Source: Octopus sinensis
Lineage: Eukaryota
NCBI RefSeq assembly: GCF_006345805.1
Contig: NC_043010.1
Coordinates: 42,656,001-42,720,000, forward strand
Reading direction: 5' to 3'
Length of the DNA: 64,000 bases
Position numbers and translations under genes: made by a program
Part shown: one piece after another, positions 49,214 to 62,269 of the stretch
How the letters are laid out: the number at the start of each line of letters is the position of its first letter
Numbering within the stretch: the first letter of the stretch is position 1
The notes under the pieces: generated by a model
The model's input: the letters and a program-made list of their open reading frames with translations, nothing else
Database searches by the model: none
What the model was told of the DNA's origin: nothing

Positions 49214-49860
49214 TTTAACGTCCGCTTTCCATGCTAGCATGGGTTGGACGGTTCAACTGGGGTCTGGGGAGCCCGAAGGCTGCACCAGGCCAGTCAGATC
49301 TGGCAGAGTTTCTACAGCTGGATGCCCTTCCTAACGCCAACCACTCCGAGAGTGTAGTGGGTGATTTTATGTGCCACCGACACAGGTGCCAGACGAGGCT
49401 GGCGAACGGCCACGCTCGGATGGTGTTTTTATGTGCCACCGACACAGGTGCCAGACGAGGCTGGCGAACGGCCACGCTCGGATGGTGTTTTTATGTGCCA
49501 CCGACACAGGTGCCAGACAAGGCTAGCAGACGACCACGCTCGGATGGTGTTTTTTTTATGTGCCACCATCACAGGAGCCAGATGAGGCTGGCGATCGGCC
49601 ACGATCGGATGGTGATTGTTACGTGCCCACAGCATGGAGGCCAGTCGGTGCGGCACTGGCTACGGCCACGTTCGGATGGTTTTCTCGTGTGCCACCGGCA
49701 CTGGTACCACAAAGATACAAATTCCATTGATGTTCATCTATTTTGATTTTGTTTGATTTTTTGATTTGATTTTCACTTGCCTCAACAGGTCTTCACAAGT
49801 GTCACAAGAAGGAAGGTATGCACAGGTGGACTGACTACGTCCCAGGTAGGGGCCACGGGT
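49190..49860 (-). mobile_element. RTE 3'-UTR copy with an expanded ~60-bp internal tandem repeat
   Basis: ATGTGCCACCGACACAGGTGCCAGACGAGGCTGGCGAACGGCCACGCTCGGATGGTGTTTTT repeated with variants at 49370-49700. Confidence 0.85.
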
Positions 49861-51456
49861 TATATATATATATATATATATCAGGACTTTACGTTGGTAA
49901 ATGAACTTTACTGTAAAGTGCTGTTGCTGCATGTCTCTCATTCAGAGATTTAGAACAAATAGTTTTTTCTATTTATATACACACACACACGCATGCACAT
50001 ATACATTCACACATGTGCATGCATGTGCGCGTGCACACACACACACACAAGATTTTCATTTGCACCCACACAATCATAAGAGAGCAATCTAGAAGTATTT
50101 GAAAATTAATAAAATGGTGTCAGAATTAAACCCCCAAGGTGGAGCTTGTGCCAGTATTTGATCTTGTTTAAACTACCCTCAGCTCATCAACTAAACCTTT
50201 TCCACTAACCATGCATGCATATAAATGCCTATCCATACAGCCCTGTTTTCATAAGCCTTGTCTGTGTTTTCTGGCATTCTGCTACAGTTCCCTATTTATT
50301 CACATTATTTTGTTTTACTCATCATTTAGTTAATGACTCTTAGCATTTTAAGCATAATTATGTTTATGAAAAGTTTGCAATGTGTCGATTTTTGTTACAG
50401 TAGAAAAAGGTTTTGCATATTGTTTTCTCTCACCCTTTTACCCTCTCTCTCTCTCTCTCTCTCCCACTTTCTCTCCTCTCTCCCACTCTCTCTCTTATCT
50501 CTAAGGCACCAAGGTTAATTCTGTTTGTCATTGTTTCAGTTTTATTGGTTTAAGTATTATTTATCTTCTTTCTCTTCTACATTTTTTTTTTTTAAAGATA
50601 TGTGGAAGTTTTATGTGCATCCAGAAAATTCTGAAAATGAAAATGGGAATAGAGATGAAGAATAGCAAAAGAAAATCTATTGATAAATTCCAGTGTGCTA
50701 ATGCAAAAATGAATACAAAACTGTCTGTTTATACATTGGCAGGTACTTATAGATGGGCTTTATTTGGTCAGTGATCCACTGTCCTATTCTATTGTGCCTT
50801 GTTAGTGGCAAACAACTGTCAAATGCAGTAATTGTTCTAGCAAAACTGAAAAAAGAGTTCATGATAAATTACAGTTTTATGCAAAATAAAAGCACTGTTT
50901 AATGTTAAAGGTTGTTGGAATCTAAAGTAAACAGGGTAGAGCTTTTGTAAGTTGAGTCAATATCAGTGAAAAGGCTTCTAAAGTAAGTTATTCATTTGCT
51001 GTAATTATTACACAGAAAAGGGAAGCTGCACTGTTAGTGGAAGTCAAATAAAGCTAGTGTGTACAATTATTGTGGGAGAAATACGAGTGTAATTAAAAAT
51101 GTTCCACTTTCAAACAATATAATAGTTGATATATTGATGACAAGCCACATGACACTAAAGAAGGTTTTTTTTTGGTTTTTTTGTAGTAAACTGAAAAATA
51201 GAAGTTTTTTCCTATCCTGGCTTATGAGTTAACCATATTAATAAGAATTAATAACAACCTTCTTTGTTAGGTACTTTGCCAAGGTGTCACAGTGAGATTG
51301 AAATCAGAACCCTGTGGTTGGGAAGCAAACTTCTTCCTACACTGCCATGCCTGCACTTATTAAAAGATTATAACTTTGCTCTTATCAAGAGAACAAAGTT
51401 GTTTCCAGAGTCAACAAAGATATTGATAGGACTGAGAAATGCAATGGGAAATGTTC

Positions 51457-51875
51457 ACTAGTATGGTGGGGTGCAAGTGTGTAAGCTGCACCAGCACATG
51501 TCTGTAAATATTTTGATATGTAACAGGCAGATTTTCTACAGCCAGATGCTCTTCCTGTTGCCAACCCTCACCTGTTTCCAAGGTAGGTAACATTTGCCCA
51601 TGGCCATGTATGTTTTCACAGAATATTAGAAATTAAGGACACTGCTTGTATGTCAGTGATACTTATTTATAATTATCATATGACATCAAGACAAGGAGAC
51701 AAAACATACATATATACTCCCATTCATATATGCAAATGCAATAGGATTCTTTCAGTTTCTGTCTTCCAAATCTACTCATAAGGCTTTGGTTGACCTAGGG
51801 CTAATAGAAGATGCCTACCAAAGATATCACACAGTGGCACTGAACCCAGAATCATGTGACTGGGAAACAAATTTC
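51457..51875 (-). mobile_element. SINE variant with an RTE-type tail
   Basis: Diverged reverse complement of the 37532 type. Confidence 0.6.
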
Positions 51876-52249
51876 TTGTGTCTATAGTTGCGTGTGTGTA
51901 AGTATTTGAACCTTGGGTATATGGTTATTAGTATGGCAATTAAAGCACATTCACTGTTTAAGCTATCTGATATCATCCACAGTTTTTATATGTGTCACTG
52001 GATCTACCTCAGGAATTCCACAGTGTTTGTTGAGTTTATAATGAATGAGGACAACAGAAAATTAAGTTTGCAAGAATCTTTATTCAACACAACATTTCGA
52101 CCCATCCTGCATCTGTCCATTGTAGATGGGATACTATACTCGATTTTGCTTGGCATGCTGTGGTCGCCACAACATGCCAAGCAAAACTAAGTATATTTAA
52201 CAAAATATCTTATTCAAAATGAGACACCCAACAAGATGCATTCTGCATT

Positions 52250-55200
52250 GGTGGATGCAACACAACTACTTATACAATATCCCATTGTCCCCTTAATATA
52301 TGATGGCAGTGATCAAAGGAGACATACTGATCTGGATTTGAAAGGTCAAGATGTAGCAAGCCTCATGGTGCTGTATTTGGAGGGGAGAGTGCTGGCATTG
52401 TACCCCGAAGTGGATGAAGAAGAATGACTAAGTGCAGCAAAGATCAAGCAGCTCTTAAGAGAGGTTTACACTGAGGGAGAGTACTCTGCTTTTGCTAAAC
52501 TGGGAATCGTCAGATGGACTGGGGAACAAGCCTGCTGTACAGCAGCTATTCATAGGACAGTGTTTTAAGTGCCAGGGACTGCACATGGCTAGGGACTGTG
52601 CAGAGCCAGCACCGGTTTACTACCAGTGCAAACGGACTGGCCATATCACGTGAAATTGTGGCCAGGGAAAAGGCCATAGTGAAGTTGCTGCCTCTCAAAC
52701 TTCCCCTGCTAACGAGTAGAGGCGCTGGTGAAGTTGCTGCCTATAGTTAAGATCTTGGTTGGGGAAAACATGTTCAAGGCTCTCGTGGAGTTGGGCTGCA
52801 CAGTGACTCTTGTGACCCCAAGGGTGATAAAGAAATAGAAGGGGATGAATGCAAGGGTAGCAACAACATGGAGATACCGATGCAAGGCACAATGCTTAGG
52901 CTGTGGGCGATTGTGATTGGCCAAGTGGTAAATGGAATGATGTGGTAATGGAGATGGACATGATTGACCACCTTGGATTTGTCAGTGCTGGAGGAGACGT
53001 GGTTTCGTTTGGTGTCATGGGGGCATTGTGCGCTGTGAGTCAGAAATATGAGTGGGAACAGAGCTCTCTGAGGAACTGAACTGCCTAAACCATTGAAGAC
53101 AAGGATTTTCGGGCAGCGTTCAATGGTTAGTAGTGGATGATAAAGTGGTGCTGAGAAGAGAGCCTCCAACACTGAAGAATAGGGTGAGCTTCTACCAGCA
53201 TACCCTGAAAGGACATGCCAGGAGTGAGTTTGAAGAAGAGATAGAGAGGTGGATTAAGGAAGGTGTCCTTATCCCATGAAAGTAGGTAGTGAGCAGAGTG
53301 CTACCTCTAATGGCACTGGTGCAGCTAACAAAGGGCAAAGTTAGATCAGTACTGGACTTTCAGGAGATGAATGGCCATGTATTGTGCCACACAGGTGGCA
53401 AGACAACCGACATCTGTGACGAGACGCTGCATGTATGAAGACAGTCAACTAAGACAGTGATGATCATCAACTTGAAGTCGGTATATTTACAGCTCCATGT
53501 GTGTGACAAACTGTGGCAGTACCAGCTGGTGTGATACAAGGGCCAGACATATCATCTGACAAGGCTGTGTTTTGGACTGAATTCTGCCCTGAAGATCATG
53601 GCAACAGTGCTCAAGTCCATCCAGGGAAATTGGGTAGGATAAGAAGGGCCACCAATTCCTATATAGATGACATCCTAATGGATGACTCTGTAGTGCCTGC
53701 CACAGAGATTGTGAGACATCTTAAGAAATTCGGGCTGATTACGAAGCCACTGGAGACAATGGCTGGAGGAGCTGCACTGGGGCTTAAGCTTCAGAGAGAC
53801 AGAATGGGTGTTTTGGTGTTTCATAGGGGAATGAGATCCCAGGCTGGGTACCAACGTCAGCGGGAGAAAACTGTTCTTGATGTGTGGGAAATTGATAAGT
53901 CACTACCCAATCATGGGGTGACTGCATACAGCATGCAGTTATACCAAGAGACTAGAAGGGGAGAACTGGAGTGACAAGGTGGGAGAGGGGATAGTGGCAA
54001 TGATGCAGGAAATCCTAGGGAGGATGAGGGTGGAAGACCCAGTCGAAGGGAACTGTTATGTGCCCAAATCGGATAATGAGACCATATGGTGTGATGCTAG
54101 CAGCATTGCAATAGGGGTTGTGTTGGAAATCGGCCTGGCTTCAAAAAGCAGACAACTACAACCACATCAATGTTGCTGAGTTGGATACAGTGCTGAAGGG
54201 AGTGAATCTGGCCTTGAAATAAGGGCTGCTCTCCATCGAAATCCAGATGGATTTGGCCACCGTGTTTGACTAGGTAGGATTGGTGATCACGAATGAGGAG
54301 AGGGTGCAAACCAAAGGGGCTCTGGAAATGTTAGTGAAGCACTGCCTAGGGGTTCTAGGAGAGCTGATTGGCAAGTTTGGCCCGACACTGAATGTGGTCT
54401 TTATGCCTTCAGAGAGAAAAAAGGCAGACGTTCTAACAAGAGTAAAAAAAGCTTAGTTAGGGGAACCAGAAGAATCAAAGCAAGGGGTAGCTGTGGTGTG
54501 TCGGTTAAATGACTCTGAGCTAAGAAGACTGCATGCCATGCATCATATGGGAGTGGATAGGGCCCTATATCTCGCCTGGAGGATTGATGCCGGCATTCCC
54601 AGACGGAGCATCCAAAAGATGGTTGGGAACTGCGATAGGGGTCAATCCATCTACCATGCTCCAGGTGTGCATGAGGAGGGAAACATTTCAGTAAAGCACA
54701 ACTGGAAACAACAAGCAGTGGGCGTAACACACTACCAGCAGGAGACGTATCTCTTGATGGTCACCTGTGAGCCAGGCTGGAAGGTTGTTTGGAGGGAATT
54801 GAGGGCAAGCACTGTGGACGAGATGGCATATATTCTAAATGAGGTATTCTTAGGGTGGGGCCTGTGGACAAATTGCTGACGGATAACAGCATAGTGTTTT
54901 GTTCAGAGGTGCTGAAGGAGATGCTTGACAGGTGGAAAGTGCACCGCTTTTTCAGAGCAGCATACAGTCCAAGTGGAAATGGGATCATGGAGAGAGGGAA
55001 CATTCCTTGCTGCTGGAAGCAGTTTTCTGGTACAACATGTCGCTCCGATCAGGACAGGCCAAAGAGTTCATGTCACATAGAGCGATATGCAAATATGAAT
55101 GGCAGCATCCTAGTAAACCATCGAGATGCCCTGTAGAGGAGAGAGGGCCTGTCTTCGTGGAGGTGGGAGATGAAGTCTGGGTTGAGCCACCAAAGGCATG

Positions 55201-55723
55201 CTGCACAACTCAGTGGAACAGAAAAGTGACAGATGTCAATTCTAAAAACAACATTTCTATGGATGGAATGCTGCATCATGTCTTGGATGTTCATAGGATT
55301 GTCACTTTGTTGGATGATGATTGTGGAAAAGAGGAAGAGAATGAGGTTCCCAGCTTAAGAAGATCACAACATGCAAGGCGCCCACCCAGGTGGGTCGTAG
55401 ATTTTGACATGGAGTGAAATGAGGAAATGATCTTTGAGACCAGGGGCGCATGTGGGGGATGAGCCAGAAGAAGAGGGTCAATGTTCAAGGGACTGACCAG
55501 AAGAGACAGCACAAGAGGCAAAGTGGAGAGGAGGGAGACAAGGGTCAGCCTCTTCTTGCCCGCCAGAGGCATTGTGAGCAGAATTCGCTCCTGGGTTGGT
55601 CCGATAGCAACTGCTTATACTGGGTGACAGGGGTAGGGCAGGATCACCAGGGAGATTACTACTAGACAGGCAAAGACAAGAGAGGAAGGTAGGTGAACCT
55701 CTTTTCATTTCCCACGCACAACA
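52250..55723 (+). mobile_element. Degenerate Ty3/Gypsy LTR retrotransposon (gag-CCHC, protease, RT, RNase H, integrase; only the 3' LTR is visible, ~55451-55723)
   Basis: DVASLMVLYLEG, CKRTGHIT*NC, KALVELGC, LDFQEMN, LCFGLNSA, SYIDDI, WCDASSIAIG, HINVAELD, LHAMHHMGV, LTDN, PSGNGIMER in Gypsy order. Purine tract precedes TG...CA. Confidence 0.9.
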
Positions 55724-55754
55724 CTTACTAAATTTAATTCCTCTCATATATAAC

Positions 55755-55990
55755 TTTATCTTGGGACATTTGTACTCTGTCTTTCATACATATTATCATT
55801 ACATATCCAATAAAACCTTCTTACTTCATTTCTTTCTAATTTTCTATGCAAATTTCCTGCATTCAAGGCTAATGTGTTAAATACCACACTTTGTGCATGA
55901 GTTCCAAACAATCTGTCTCTCACTCTGAGAGAAAGGCCCCTCATTACTGACAAAGATAGTAACTCCCTGAACTTTTCCAAATCCATTCTT
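55755..55990 (-). mobile_element. RTE fragment
   Basis: KFRELL..GLSLRVRDRL..KLERNE matches the same region of the 33.9-34.1 kb RTE. Confidence 0.6.
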
Positions 55991-56287
55991 ACTTGAGCTA
56001 CTATGCTTTCAGACCACCCACTATGATTTATAAAGTCACCTATGTAACAAACTATTGACTACTTCTAATGAGCCATATGGGCAATTGAGAAAATTTATTT
56101 TCCATATGCTCTTCAGGCTTATGCCTCTGTGCATCAGCCACCTATGAAGGTTAGTTTCATATCCACATAAATATGTAGACAGACTAACAAGATAGAATAT
56201 GACATACAGCTATTGTGTTAGTATTCCATATGTTCCATTACATTCAAAAACAGATGCCTAGGAAGAAAAATCACGTTATATAAATAA

Positions 56288-56800
56288 CTAGCAGTATCGC
56301 CCGGCGTTGTTCGGATTTGTAAGGGAAATAACTATATAAGCATTTTTAGAGAGTTACTTCCCTTATAGATGCCAATTCGGGCTTTCTTAGCCATTTCTGT
56401 TTTGGTGTCTTCAAGCCATGAAGTCGTTGTTCTAAAAGAACGCTGGTCTCCTTGACAACGCTTTACAACGTTGATTTCCTTACACTCCCTTCCCCACAGC
56501 TTCACGAGGGAGGGAAGAAGGGGGAGAAGCAAACAGGTGCAGATGTGACCATGGACGCCAACTCCGCCGCCATCGACACACGAAAAAATATGCATTAAAA
56601 TGGAATAAAAAATTATGTTAAATTATTTTTAAAATCGTAGACTCATCGTAGACGTGCGCTAATACCCAGACGGGCTCGATATGAATCACGACTATAAGAT
56701 ACCCGAATTTGGTTAAACTGCACCGCAAAATGTGGGAGTAGTTAGAAATCTAAATCGAAGGGGACAGACACTCACACAACTACAGTTTTATATATATAGA
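56288..56800 (-). mobile_element. Non-autonomous Helitron (513 bp)
   Basis: A|TCTATATATATAAAACTG 5' end; CCGAACAACGCCGGG hairpin region plus CTAG|T 3' end; no TSD. Confidence 0.85.
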
Positions 56801-57459
56801 TTTCATATTACAGATTTGTTTGCTGTAATGATTATAGAGTACAGAGAAAAAGTACAAGACAAGGAAAATATAGTGTGAAATTATTTACATATAACATCCT
56901 TATACATGTTTCAGTAACAATTGATTACACAATGAATGTGTAAAATTAACTTATCTAATCTTTTTTGCACATGTTGCTTCATCAGAAGTGTTATAAGAGG
57001 TGGAAGAACTGTGTTTAGTGATAGATATTTACAGTGCAGAAGTTTGAAAGACAGGTATTGTAGATATATTGCACATGTAGATTCTGATTTGAGTTTAAAG
57101 GGGTCACATGCAAAAGGTGATATAAAATTATCTGTCGGATTAGTATATCAAAGTCATGAATGCAGAACTAGTTGATATTAACAGGGTCTATTACTCATAT
57201 TAACAGGGTTTATTATTCATATTAACAGGGTTTATAACTCATCATAGATAAGAGTAAATTGACAGAGCAAAAATTTTAATGAATGAAAGAGGCAGATATA
57301 GACAGCTTCATAGACACATAATCCATAAATAAACACACACACAACATATATGTCTACATTTACATAACAAAAGTGTATTTGGGTAGGTGGATATCACCCA
57401 TACACCTATCTATCTGTATAACTAGCTGACTGACTATACACATACATACTTACTTATTT

Positions 57460-59330
57460 ACACACATTTACAGTCTATATGCACACATACACATTTACTG
57501 TGTATATGCACACATACACATTTACTGTATACATGCAGACATACACATTTACTGTGTATATGCAAACATACACATTTGCTGCGTATATGCACACATACAC
57601 ATTTACTGTGTATATGCACACATACACATTTACTGTATATATGCACACATACACATTTACTGTGTATATACACACACACATTTACTGTATACATGCACAC
57701 ATACACATTTACTGTATACATGCACACATACACATTTACTGTATATATGCACACATACACATTACTGTATATATGCACACATACACATTTACTGTATATA
57801 TGCACACATACATATTTACTGTATATATGCACACATACACATTTACTGTGTATATGTACACATACACATTTACTGTATATATGCACACATACACATTTAC
57901 TGTATATATGCACACATACACATTTACTGTGTATATGCACACTTACACATTTACTGTATATATGCACACATACACATTTACTGTATATATGCACACATAC
58001 ACATTTATTGTATATATGCACACATACACATTTACTGTATATATGCACACATACACATTTACTGTGTATATGCACACTTACACATTTACTGTGTATATGC
58101 ACACATACACATTTACTGTGTATATGCACACATACACATTTACTGTGTATATGCACACATACACATTTACTGTGTATATGCACACTTACACATTTACTGT
58201 GTATATGCACACATACACATTTACTGTGTATATGCACACATACACATTTACTGTATACATACACACATACACATTTACTGTGTATATGCAAACATACACA
58301 TTTACTGTGTATATGCACACATACACATTTACTGTATATATGCACACATACACATTTACTGTGTATATGCACACTTACACATTTACTGTGTATATGCACA
58401 CATACACATTTACTGTGTATATGCACACATACACATTTACTGTATATATGCACACATACACATTTACTGTGTATATGCACACTTACACATTTACTGTGTA
58501 TATGCACACATACACATTTACTGTGTATATGCACACTTACACATTTACTGTATATATGCACACATACACATTTACTGTATATATGCACACTTACACATTT
58601 ACTGTGTATATGCACACATACACATTTACTGTGTATATGCACACATACACATTTACTGTATATATGCACACATACACATTTACTGTGTATATGCACACTT
58701 ACACATTTACTGTGTATATGCACACATACACATTTACTGTGTATATGCACACATACACACTTACTGTATGCATGCACACATACACATTTACTGTGTATAT
58801 GCAAACATACACATTTGCTGCGTATATGCACACATACACATTTACTGTATATATGCACACATACACATTTACTGTATATATGCACACTTACACATTTACT
58901 GTGTATATGCACACATACACATTTACTGTGTATATGCACACTTACACATTTACTGTATATATGCACACATACACATTTACTGTATATATGCACACATACA
59001 CATTTACTGTATATATGCACACATACACATTTACTGTGTATATGCACAGATACACATTTACTGTGTATATGCACACATACACATTTACTGTATATATGCA
59101 CACATACACATTTACTGTATATATGCACACATACACATTTATTGTGTATATGCACACATATACATTTACTGTATGTATGCACACATACACATTTACTGTG
59201 TATATGCACACATACACATTTACCGTATATATGCACACATACACATTTACTGTATATATGCACACATACACATTTACTGTATATATGCACACATACACAT
59301 TTACTGTATATATGCACACACACGCATTTA
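57460..59330. repeat. 27-bp minisatellite, about 69 copies
   Basis: Unit GCACACATACACATTTACTGT(G/A)TATAT; 9-residue periodicity in the ORF track (MHTYTFTVY, CVCVHIYSK). Confidence 0.97.
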
Positions 59331-59339
59331 TGTCTAAAT

Positions 59340-59706
59340 CAACGTTTCTCAACCGGGCTTCTCCAGAACCCTAGGGTTCTGCAAAAGGCTCCTAGGGTCT
59401 CTGTGAGAAAGAGTGAGATAAACTAATGCTAATTTCATGATCGTATTATTACTATACATGCACAACATATTATTGTTTATTGTGATATTGTAATATAGAT
59501 ATCATCCTATCTAACCTACTATGCTATTAAAAAACTATAACAACCATATATAGAGATATATAGATATATATGATATTTACCATGAGAACTACGATGAAAA
59601 AATATGAGAAAGATATGGTATATAATATTTTTTTTGTGCAGGGGTTCCTTGAGACATGTAATTTATTTTAAGGCTTATGCAAGAGTAAAAAGGTTGAGCA
59701 ACACTG
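59340..59706. mobile_element. hAT (Charlie-like) MITE
   Basis: Ends CAACGTTTCTCAACC / GGTTGAGCAACACTG; 8-bp TSD GTCTAAAT / GACTAGAT (6/8 match). Confidence 0.7.
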
Positions 59707-59714
59707 GACTAGAT

Positions 59715-60022
59715 ATTCAAAGGACTACGAAAGTGATGTGCTGCCTACTCTTACACTCCCTTCAATCACCCCAAAGTCATGTGACCCCTCTACAATGAGA
59801 AAACAATACAGCTCCCATGAAAACAATACAGCTCCCATGACTTTCGGAAACATTTTTTCACGCTCAGAGTTGCTGAAGCATGGAATAAACTGCCTGCGTC
59901 AGTTGTTGACTGCCATGACACTGCATCTTTTAAGGCCCTCATGCTTTCCGAAATCCGCCGAAACTACACCTGATTATATATACACTTTAGATGAGTTGTA
60001 GTGCACCTGAGCACTGTACACA

Positions 60023-60054
<32 letters not shown>
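59715..60054 (+). mobile_element. CR1-like LINE 3' end with (ATT)n tail
   Basis: HDFRKHFFTLRVAEAWNKLPASVV..TASFK followed by a short UTR and (ATT)n. Confidence 0.85.
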
Positions 60055-60056
<2 letters not shown>

Positions 60057-60548
60057 GAAACCTGTTCTGCTCTGGCACCTTCTATCATGCCTTAACTTCT
60101 CTCAGCATAAAGCCACTTCTTTTGGAGTTTATAGGCATGGAAGCTGCATGCAACTTCAGTGCTGGTAACAGAAAAAAAAAACACCCAATACACACTGTAA
60201 AGTGGTTAGCATGTATATACACATATAAAGATATTAATGACTAAATCAAAATAGAACATGGGTCTATAACTTCCCTCTTTTTTGTACAAATATATATATA
60301 TATTGTTATTCTTTTACTTGTTTCCAGTCATTTGACCATAGCCATGGTGTAACACCACCTTTAGTCAAACAAATCGACCCCAGGATTTATTCCTTGTAAG
60401 CCAAGTACTTATTCTATCGGTCTCTTTTGCCAAACTGCTGAGTTACAGGGACATAAACACACCAACATTGGTTGTTAAGTGATGACTGGAGGACAAGCAT
60501 ACACACACACACACACATATATACTTTATTTGAAAGCAGCAGAAATAT

Positions 60549-60601
60549 AACAAAAGCTGTTACTCAGAGTTTCAAGTTCCCATTCGTCAGACAGTTTTGT
60601 T
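60549..60601 (-). ncRNA. Hammerhead ribozyme motif (left arm of palindrome)
   Basis: AACAAAACUGU-CUGACGA-AUG(GGAA)CUU-GAA-ACUCUGAGU-A|ACAGCUUUUGUU: 11-bp bulged stem I and canonical core; one U-U mismatch in stem II. Confidence 0.7.
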
Positions 60602-60604
60602 AAA

Positions 60605-60657
60605 AACAAAACTGTCTGAGGAATGGGAACATGAAACTCTGAGGAACAGCTTTTGTT
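60605..60657 (+). ncRNA. Hammerhead ribozyme motif (right arm of palindrome), U16.1-to-G defect
   Basis: AACAAAACUGU-CUGAGGA-AUG(GGAA)CAU-GAA-ACUCUGAGG-A|ACAG: perfect stem II, but G at 60644 replaces the conserved U. Confidence 0.55.
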
Positions 60658-60753
60658 ATATTTCTGCTGTTTTTAAATAAAGCATATTACTCTACCTCTG
60701 GTATTTGAGTACTCTTTTTTCCAACTTGTTTCACATTTATGTGCTTACTCCAG

Positions 60754-60829
<76 letters not shown>

Positions 60830-61186
60830 ACATGCTTCTTTCAGTTTTCGCCTACCATTTACAAGGCTCTGGTTGGCCAGAGGCTACAGTAGGAGACACT
60901 AGTCCAAGGTGCCATACATATATATGCACTTTATTTGTGGGTTAACAAAGCTACTATTGGTTTCATGGATAGTGAAATCTCAGTAATTACCAATCCTGCC
61001 ACATAGAACGTTGGTGCTCATCTCCATATTGGATGAAAACAACAAAGTTACATGAGAGCATATGAGGTTTTGAAGTAATCAAATATACAGATCAAGGGAA
61101 ACAACTCTCAATTATTATCTCCCTCTCATTAATTCAATTTTGTACATATACACGTGTATACACATGTATATCCATGCATAATATGT

Positions 61187-61230
<44 letters not shown>

Positions 61231-61519
61231 ACACACACACACACACATACACACACACTGGCTCATACAAAGACACCTGTGTTATGCATTTTGAGGATAT
61301 GTACATAACTGCTCATATTTGCACATATGTTCACCTGATTGCATAGTTTCACAAATATTCACATCTTTTAGCATCAAACTTGGTGCATGGGATTTATAAA
61401 GTTTTGTATGTATTCATTCAATAAATCATGCATCATCATATACATATGCATATATGTACACATATGTACATACACACACACATAAATACACATATACATA
61501 TTACACATTGAGGCAAGCA

Positions 61520-61958
61520 AGAATCAGAATTGAAATTGAAATCGACCAACATCAATGGAAATTGTAGCTGTGATACCAGTGCCAGTGGCACGTAAGCGAA
61601 CCATCCAGACGTGGCCATAGCCACCACTGCCCCGACGGGCCTCCATGCCGGTGGCACGTAAAAAGCACCATCCGATTGTGGCCATTGCCAGCCTCGCCTT
61701 GCCCCTGTGCCGGTGGCACATAAAAATCACCATCCGACCATAGCCGTTTGCCAGCCTCGTCTGGCACCTGTGCCAGTGGCACGTAAAAAGCACCCACTAC
61801 ACTCATGGAGTGATTGGCGTTAGGAAGGGCATCCAGCCATAGAAACATTGCCAGATCAGACTGGGCCTGGTGCAGCCTTCTGGCTTCTCAGACCCCAGTT
61901 GAACCGTCCAACCCATGCTAGCATGGAAAGCGGACGCTAAATGATGATGATGATGTTG
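61520..61958 (+). mobile_element. RTE 3'-UTR copy with several ~60-bp repeat units
   Basis: Repeated GTGGCAC(G/A)TAAAAA blocks, then CCATGCTAGCATGG and (GAT)n. Confidence 0.85.
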
Positions 61959-62269
61959 ATATACACCTATATAGAAATGCATACACACAAATACACGCAT
62001 GCACATCTCTCCATCTGCATTATGCATCTTATCCATGTTTGAGTGTGTGCTCATAATTAAGGAGTTTCACATATTTTTTCAAATATTTTCACAACTCACA
62101 GGGTTGTGAATTCATAAGTTTGTTTGTGTCTGTCATGTGATGTGATGTGATGGATATGTGCGATGTACATATATCTATGTGACAAGGAAGCTTAGCATTA
62201 ATTGACAGAGAGAATATGTCTTTTATGCATAAAGTTCATATAATGCATCTAATTGATGTTCAGAGAAAA

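Larger units (their letters stand above)
60307..60915 (-). mobile_element. SINE interrupted in its internal microsatellite by a palindromic element
   Basis: Tail half at 60307-60500 and head half at 60830-60915. Confidence 0.75.

Noticed and set aside
57176-57241. Three copies of a 22-bp unit ATATTAACAGGGT(C/T)TAT..CTC
   Set aside because: Real but short local slippage duplication with no further signal.
57460-59330. Possible CRISPR-like array
   Set aside because: Units are head-to-tail with no unique spacers, there are no cas genes, and the context is eukaryotic.
57458-59426. Three ORFs over 600 aa (Cys/His/Tyr-rich repeats) that resemble metal-binding proteins
   Set aside because: They are translations of the 27-bp minisatellite; several frames on both strands are open simply because the unit lacks stops. 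No unique N- or C-terminal domain.
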